The notes under the pieces: model-generated
The model's database searches: none
Seen by the model: the letters and a program-made list of their open reading frames with translations, nothing else
What the model was told of the DNA's origin: nothing
Translations under genes and position numbers: made by a program
Source of the DNA: Chrysomallon squamiferum
Taxonomy: Eukaryota; Animalia; Mollusca
NCBI GenBank assembly: GCA_012295275.1
Contig: CM022669.1
Location: 2,232,001 to 2,296,000 of the forward strand
Reading direction: 5' to 3'
Length of the DNA stretch: 64,000 nucleotides
In this document: in pieces, positions 56,692-64,000 of the stretch
How positions within the stretch are numbered: position 1 is the first letter of the stretch
How the letters are laid out: every line of letters begins with the position of its first letter

Positions 56692-59600
56692 TCAGAAACA
56701 TCCATTGTGAACAGAAGTTTCATCCTTTGATTCAGTGCAGCCACCTTTCAGTATGTCAGCTGAAATTGAAAAATGGCATCATTTAGATAGATTACTTATG
56801 TATAAGTCAATGTGTATTTTAAGACCAAAAATTGCGTCATTTAGGTATTACTTGTGTATAAGTCGACTGTAGATTCCAGGCACCGTCACTATTTTTAGAC
56901 CAGTGTGACAGTGCCATGAAGGCCTACTTGTACGCCTACTGTAACATAACTTGCACGAGCTGTAACTTGCACGTGCAATTCAAAGTAAGATAATTTCGGA
57001 ACCTCAGCAATATTTTTTTCTATCGAAACTCTGCTACAAGACACGCCCCCGATCCTATTCCTAGCGCGCTAATTGGCCGAGGCTTCGCGCACTTGGCAAC
57101 CGACTAGAATAACAAATATGGCGAGAAGTTGAACTGATTTTTGTTGCAGAACGTTTATAGAAATTTAGTTTGTTTTCGATTTGTCAGTAGTGGATATTAA
57201 TGACGACTGCAATATTATTTCACCAAATTCTTTACAATTACACAAGTGAGTTTTGTTTATGAAATTAGGACCGATATTTAGTGCAATTTGGCAGAGAAGT
57301 CTGCATTCCTAGATCATTGCAAGACACCGTAAGGCATAACGCCGTACTGACAGTTTTCTCGCTTTAAAATGTATTTTTATGTCATTAAACGGAAGAATAT
57401 CATGTTTTACATTCATATTTGGTTTTTTTATTTAATTTTTCAAATTTTGTTTATACGATAAAATTATATTTTTGAAAAGCTGAAAGACCACGATTATTTT
57501 AGATGCATCCCGTAGCAAAAAATAGTCAAAATGGCGACTCTTCAGCAACAGCTACAAAAGCATTACCTATGTATAAGTCGATCCCCAAAATATTACCTTA
57601 ATATAGTCTCCCAAAAATTCGACTTATACACAAGTATATACGGTAAGTAAACCATATATGGCAACTTGGATAACTCTATAATAAAATATTCCTTTTAAGA
57701 TAACATTATTTAAAATGAAATTATTTTAATTACTTTTTGTGCATATGACTATAGATCATTACTCTTCAGATGACCGTTTTTTAAATCTTTGTGAAATTAC
57801 CTTTCTTGAAATATCAATTTCAGCAAGTTTCACCAATTGACTTCTCAGAAATGGTAATTTGATTACTGGTAGCTACATCTCTTTTCATCAATGTTGCATT
57901 AATCAGCATTTTTCAAACCCAATCATCCTAATTAACAATTTTCAGCAAAATTGTATGTTGGAGGTTTTATCCTCTGGGTGATTTGATATGGAATGTCTTG
58001 ACATTTTTTCATTACAGAAAGTCAATAACGAAGCATCGTATTCTAGGAAAAGAAATTTATGTTGAAGGAAAAGTAAGAACTTTATCATTGTTGTCCACAC
58101 GAATAAACTGTAATAAACATACCTGGTTTTGCATGTATTGAAGGTAAATATATAAGTAAAGATATTTACCGATTTTGAGAAGATAAGTGTCTGAGTAATG
58201 GTCTAAGCACTGCATGGTCACACTGCTGAAATTCCCAGATCCTCCATAAAGAATCAGATAATCACCAACCACAACAGCAGAATGTTGTCCCCTGGCACAT
58301 GGAACGTCCCCTTTGACTAATGGCTGCAGCCACTGATTGCTATCTAAAAACAATAAAGAATATTTTTGTTTTAAAAGCAGTCATATTAATCAGAAATACC
58401 ATATTGAAATAGTGACAAAACTGTTTCCAAAAAAAAAAGTGCTCAACACACGTAAAATGCATGAAATTTTTGGTTTAGTTTGCAACTATTTTGACAGATT
58501 GTTTTAACCACTGAAGCATAAATGACAGAAATCACCATTTGACTGTATAACTTAAAAGATTTTTAAAAAGAAAAGAACAAAAACTTGTGTAAGTGCAACC
58601 ATACTCTCAACCTGTTATAATATAAAAAAATACCTTTAATAAAACAGAGATTTTAAAAACAAACTCAATGTTTTTGTTTTTTTAAGACTAAACAAACATA
58701 AGATATTAAATGAACTTACCTGCATCAAAAATATGCATGTCTGCAAAGTGTTCATTCTTCTGTCCTCGACCACCAATTATGACAAGTCTGTTCCCAACTG
58801 CAGATGCTGTGTGGAATGATCGAGGTTCAGGTTGTCTCCCTGTAACTTTTAAATCAGTCTGCCATTTTCTTGTGTCTGAAAACCAGAATTTTTTTAAACA
58901 ATGTTAGTCTTACTATACTTATTATCTAGAAACGTTTGAAATGTTTTAACAGAAATAACACATCCAATTAAAATTACAAATTTGTTAATTTATTTTGACA
59001 TATTTCCTATATATAATCGTTTTTTCTTTCTGGCACTGACTTCGGGACACAAAATTTTAGAATGCTTTGATTTGTAGTCTGCAAACTTGATACACAACAG
59101 CCAATTTGGTTTTTTGTGATGGGGTGTCATTAATCATTCATTCATTTCCTGTACAGTAATGAGCTAATAAAACTGAAAAAGATAAAAAAAAACTAATATC
59201 CATCTCTATGCTGCACTTTTATAAAAATACTGACACCAATTCAACAAGTAATTTTCCACTTACCTTGACATTACAAACAATATATGATAATAAAGACTAA
59301 CTTTTAAACCATTCTTCATTTTATTTAACACCACATTCAAATCTATTTCAGATATCATAATATTTAATAATTATTATTAAATGAAAAAAGAACATTTAAT
59401 AGAAAACATAAACCTGTATTGAAAATGTGCAAATCATTTTGCCTGGCCTCCATATCTCTGCCTCCAAAAATGACAATATGTCTGCCCATAGCACACATAG
59501 CATGTGCTGCTCTGGCTGTGGGGACACCAAGATTCATCTGCAAGGGTTGAGACCATTTCTTTCTTTCTAAAAATCAGAAATTTACAATGAATTAAATATG

Positions 59601-62600
59601 CAGACTGAATATCAATATTTTACATCATAACTCATGAGTTTTAAAATTACGTTTTGTTGCTACTGTTATAAAATATCAGTTTTCATGTTTTTATAAATAT
59701 ATTTGTATTACTGTCACCTGACAAATGATATACCTGTGTCTAATACAAAGAGATCATTAAACCAGCCAAATTCAGCAGCCTCTTGGTATTCAATTTCTTG
59801 AATGGGTTCATCATTATCTTCATCTTCATCCTGTATGTGAATCATGATATTCAAATTAAACATAATATAACTTCTGTAGAAAGGTTAAGTAAACATAATA
59901 ACAAAATAGTAAATCTTTTACTCATTAAAACTGAAGTTACCAGAAGTCTAGTGACATACCAGGGAAGTGCATATTAATGATTATTTTTCATTTAGCAGGT
60001 AAAGAATGTAATGAAACAGAATAATAAACTTTAGCAAGATTAGTGCTTAATGATGTGTTCTTATTAAGTAACTAATACAAATAATTACAGGCCAAGGATT
60101 TATCTAAAAACTGTTCATAAAGCAAATAGGTCATTCTGTGTCAAATAACCTCAAAAACAGATATTTTAAACCTGACCATCTCAGATGTTTATAAAACTTG
60201 GTATGCTTGGGATCCCATAGCACCAAATTCAAAAATGTTTGGCCAATCGGTGATAAGGCCCCAAAAATTATCAGCCAGAAGGGGTGCGACTTGCAACATT
60301 TGAACCCTCATATCTCAGGAATTACTGGGCCAATCTTCATAAAATTGGTATTGTTGAAAAGGCAAAATGACAAGGATTCAGACTGGAGTATGTTGGGGTA
60401 CATTGACTGTTTGACCTTTGTTATGACCTTGAAATTGACCTTGTGGATAACATTACCTTAACACAATCTTTTTGTAAATTTAATCTCCCACATGTTAAGT
60501 AAAACATATAAAAGTTTCAGAGGTGTAATATTCTTTGTTTAGCAGTAATACACATTGAAAAATTGTATATAAAAATAACACTTTTTCTGCCATTAACATC
60601 TGATTAGCTAAAACCTGAATGACCAATTCCTGATGCTAAGTATCACCATCTCTCTTAAACACTGAGTAATACATTGTAGGCCTACTTGCTATGATCATAT
60701 GATATCAAACTACTTCCCTCATTGCCTTCTCTACAGTTCAGCAGTCACATAATCATTCAGTCACCTACTTCCCCCACAGTCTTGCAATTCTATCATTATC
60801 CTTTTTACATCTTTAGGGAACATGCAATTGAAGGTGCATCATTGGCCAGTGAACTAGAAGGTTTGTGAGGGTGCATGAACCGAATGAAGAAGTCTCCATG
60901 CTCTTCTGAAATGTCCTCAACAAGCCCAACCCATGCCTCAAAAAGTTTTGCTTCTTGGCTTCAATGGGAGGCTCCTCTGATAACTCATATCATCCTCAGA
61001 ATCCTGGACAGATACTAGTTCTGGTGGGTCATTCTGAAGGCTCAGCTTGTAGGCATGCATATTTGCATTAGACGCTGGAACTAACCAGTGAAATTGCTGT
61101 TCTCTTGGCAGTTTTGGACACGTGAAACCTCATGCTTTGCTATGTGTTCTGGTGTGATGTTACTCAGAAGAGTAAAAATTGAAGTTAGCCCTGGAAGAAA
61201 TAAGGATTTTCAGTATTGGCCTGCACCTTCAATTCAATAGGACAAATTCAATGCTTTCCTAAATATTAAATCTAGCCTGAAACCCTTTCGGTAAAGTTAA
61301 GCAGGTCAGAAAACTTTGGGTCAAACTTTGCAATTATAAATCACAGTTAATCAATGTCAAGGCAGACCTTGTTCACACTCTGTGCTGAAGACTGGATATA
61401 CAAATACATTAAGCGATACATGTCACTGGATGAAGCCTGGTTTCAGACTGGGTTGTACTGTAGCTGACTGTAATTTTATTCAAAACCATTGGCAAGGCCA
61501 TATGATATGATAAAATGACTTAATAGGTTTTATGAAGAAAACATATCAACATATGACATTGTGTCCAACTTGAAAGCTTCAGATTTTCAAAGAAATGCAG
61601 ATCAAGAAACTTCTTTGTCTTAAAACTTCTAATTGCTCAATGGGGATTTCAAGGAGTACCTGACATGCCTGAAGCCACTCTTCCTATTAACCCTTTGGGC
61701 CTGATTGTGTAGAACATCTCATGCCATTTGGCATCTTTACACTCCAAAGATGAGTTTTTGATCTCAGAGATGCCTATACGTGTAGAAAATGTACTTTGTA
61801 ATGCATTGTATCAATCATCCATACAGGTATGTATTTTTTAAATCTATATTGTGGCTGAACAAAAAAGATTACACCTCTGAAACTTTTTATGTTTTAGTTA
61901 ATATATGGGAGATTAAATTTCAAGAAAGGACATGTAATCCACAAGGTCAGTTTCAATGTGATAACAAAGGTCAAAAGGTCAATGTACCCCATCATTCTTC
62001 AATCTGAATAATAATGGCAGATTTGGAATCCTTGTCGTATTTCCTTTTCAACAATACCAATTTTATGAATATTGGCCCAGTGGTGCTGTGGGATCCCAAT
62101 CAACAATATACCAAGTTTCATAAAAAATCTGAGATGGTCGGGTTTAATACATTGGGTCATTTGACATAGAATGATCCAAATACAAAAACAATGAAACAAA
62201 ACATTTCAAAGAATATTTACTCATCACCTGTTACTTTATGACTCGGTGTCAGAGTGATTTATAAACTATTTGATGACTGCAGAAACGTACCTCTAAATCA
62301 GCCTCTGCTGATTTTGGACCAAAGCCACCAAAATAATAGATACGTTTATCAATAACAGCACACTGCAGTTTGTCTCTCGAACTGGGCTTTTGACCTTCAC
62401 AATTCAATACTGTCCATATTCTGGTATCTGCAGTGTGATATTTAACTTTATGATATAACTATTTTTTTGAGATAAAATAAATATATCCTTTGAAAAAATA
62501 TATTTACCACCTGCATCAATATTAATCAAATTTATGCTTGACACTTAATGAAATAGATAGAACAGTTACTATTCATAGAGCAAAATGTAAGATACATATT

Positions 62601-63570
62601 TTCCCATTTTGTCCCTGGAGTGGAAAACTGCTTATCTTTTACTTTCAATAATAATTAATATATTAATGATTTTTTCTCTTGCTCATTTAATCATAAAATA
62701 AACTGTTAAAACTAATAATTAATTCGTGACTTACAGTTACAGTGACTTTAAAATTTAAAAGACATATTGTTTGATTACAATAAAATCAAATAGTAATATA
62801 CAAAATAATAAATTTGATTTTAAGAATTCCCAGATGCAGTGCCGATATCACTTATTTAGTTAATAATATTTTTAAATCAAACAATTTAGTATATTCTGTA
62901 ATTTGCTGGTTTGAACAGATAACAAACAAATGCTACCTGCATAGTTCAGTACCATTCATTGATTCAATAAAACTCAGATTTAATAGTTCATTATTATTTT
63001 TAATTTTTTTTTAAATTCATTAAACTTAAAGTAACCAATTTTCGTATCTTTTTTCATCGATCATGTGACTAATCTTTATGTATTTAATCACTAAATTACC
63101 TATGTCAAAAACATAGAGATCATCAAACCATCCAAAAGCTTGACTTAATCCTCCAAAAAGGTAAAGTTTGTTTCCTACTGCAGCTAATGCAGCCGCACAT
63201 CGAGGAGGTGGAAGACTTCCCTTCACGGACAATTTTGTCCAAATCTGATTGCTGGCAGCTGTAAAGGGAATTAACAAAAATAATAATAATGTAGAAAATG
63301 AATGCAGTACTGCTAACTTATTAACAAGTTATTATTAATTATTTAATTTCACAGCCTATAGTAATTACCTGGGTCAAACTCAAACAAATCATTTGATTCT
63401 CGCAGATCTTTTCCGTCTTGAGAAACACCGCCGAACACGTAACTTTTGTTATTTAAAGCACAGCTAATGTGCCCCTCGCCACAAGGAAAATCGCAAGAAA
63501 TCTTTTTCCATGTTACGGAAATGTCATTTGGCAGTGATTCTGCAACACTGCTTCTGCTTGCTCCTGCCAT
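56692..63570 (-). CDS. Kelch-repeat beta-propeller protein (KLHDC1/2- or RABEPK-like), ~381 aa, 8 coding exons
   Basis: Exons 63369-63570, 63100-63258, 62291-62427, 59734-59830, 59414-59566, 58720-58875, 58170-58343, 56692-56759 (1146 nt, phases consistent). Six kelch blades with GG motifs (YVFGG, YLFGG, YYFGGFG, VIFGGR, VIIGGR, ILYGGS) and inter-blade W residues; acidic loop DLEDEDEDNDE. Confidence 0.9.
56795..57643. mobile_element. Pogo/Tc2-like MITE, copy 2 (same orientation as copy 1, left TIR mostly deleted)
   Basis: Colinear and near-identical to 54926-55776; ends TCGACTTATACACAAGTATATACGG|TA; lacks about the first 26 bp of copy 1. Confidence 0.92.
60128..62177 (-). mobile_element. Degenerate Sola (Sola2-like) DNA transposon with long terminal inverted repeats, in kelch intron 3
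   Basis: Left arm ~60128-60545 is the diverged reverse complement of ~61853-62177 (termini AGGTCATTCTGTGTCAAATAACC vs GGATCATTCTATGTCAAATGACCC). AAAT on both flanks (60124-60127, 62178-62181) gives a 4-bp TSD. Internal minus-strand relics RFHVSKTAKRT..FHWLVP and WVGLVEDISEEHGDFFIRFMHPHKPS resemble Sola2-type transposase C-termini (from recall). Confidence 0.7.
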
Positions 63571-64000
63571 CTTCAGATGAGTATTTTTCCTTGTTTGGAA
63601 TTAATAAACTTTCCCGCAATTTTTCTTTCCTGAAATCTGAAAGGAACGGTGTTTAGATTTTTCTGTTGTTGTAATTTCCTTTGTTTTTGAAGAAGAACAA
63701 AATAAATTCCTTTTCTTTGTTTGAAATTAATTATTATGTGTAAAAATATACAGTTCTAAAGAAACATTATTTACTTAATAATAAATAAAGAAGGCTTTAT
63801 ATCAACAAAGGAATAATATCAAGTTAATGTTTCAACTGAGAATCAAAGGAGGAAATTACATTTTGATATCAATATTTATAGCCTCAATTGCATTTATTTT
63901 CTATATTTTGAAACCGAGACATGTCATGTTAAAAGTGTATTTTAAACCAGACTGAAGACATAAATATATTTAAGAATCACTACTATCGTTTTATCTTCGT

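Noticed and set aside
56653-56694. Possible selenocysteine or readthrough at the kelch TGA (GCF*CSERNRTCFFSA*)
   Set aside because: No recognisable SECIS element downstream and no family precedent known to me; a short open run after a stop is expected by chance.

Overview
AT-rich, microsatellite-rich animal genomic DNA, most likely a mollusc or other lophotrochozoan (inferred from the chitin-binding protein architecture and repeat types; not proven). It is not prokaryotic, and no CRISPR, tRNA or rRNA was seen. Four spliced protein-coding genes lie on the minus strand, each rebuilt exon by exon with consistent intron phases: (1) a multi-CBM14 chitin-binding protein (4532-8902), (2) a LAS2/C18orf54-like protein (14474-18742), (3) a complete 29-exon long-tailed class I myosin of MYO1E/F type (34782-52509) containing a minor-spliceosome (U12) GT-AG intron, and (4) an 8-exon kelch-repeat protein (56692-63570). 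Interspersed DNA-transposon derivatives include a hAT-like MITE, a Tc1/mariner deletion derivative, a MULE relic, a KRBA2/SCAND3-type integrase fragment, two near-identical pogo/Tc2-like MITEs bracketing the last kelch exon, and a Sola-like element with long TIRs and a 4-bp TSD. I found no convincing wholly new biological system. The best leads are the MITE-bracketed terminal exon with a candidate alternative last exon, the U12 intron, possible alternative C-terminal exons of the chitin-binding gene, and a CpG-deamination signature. Family assignments rest on motif recall, not database searches.
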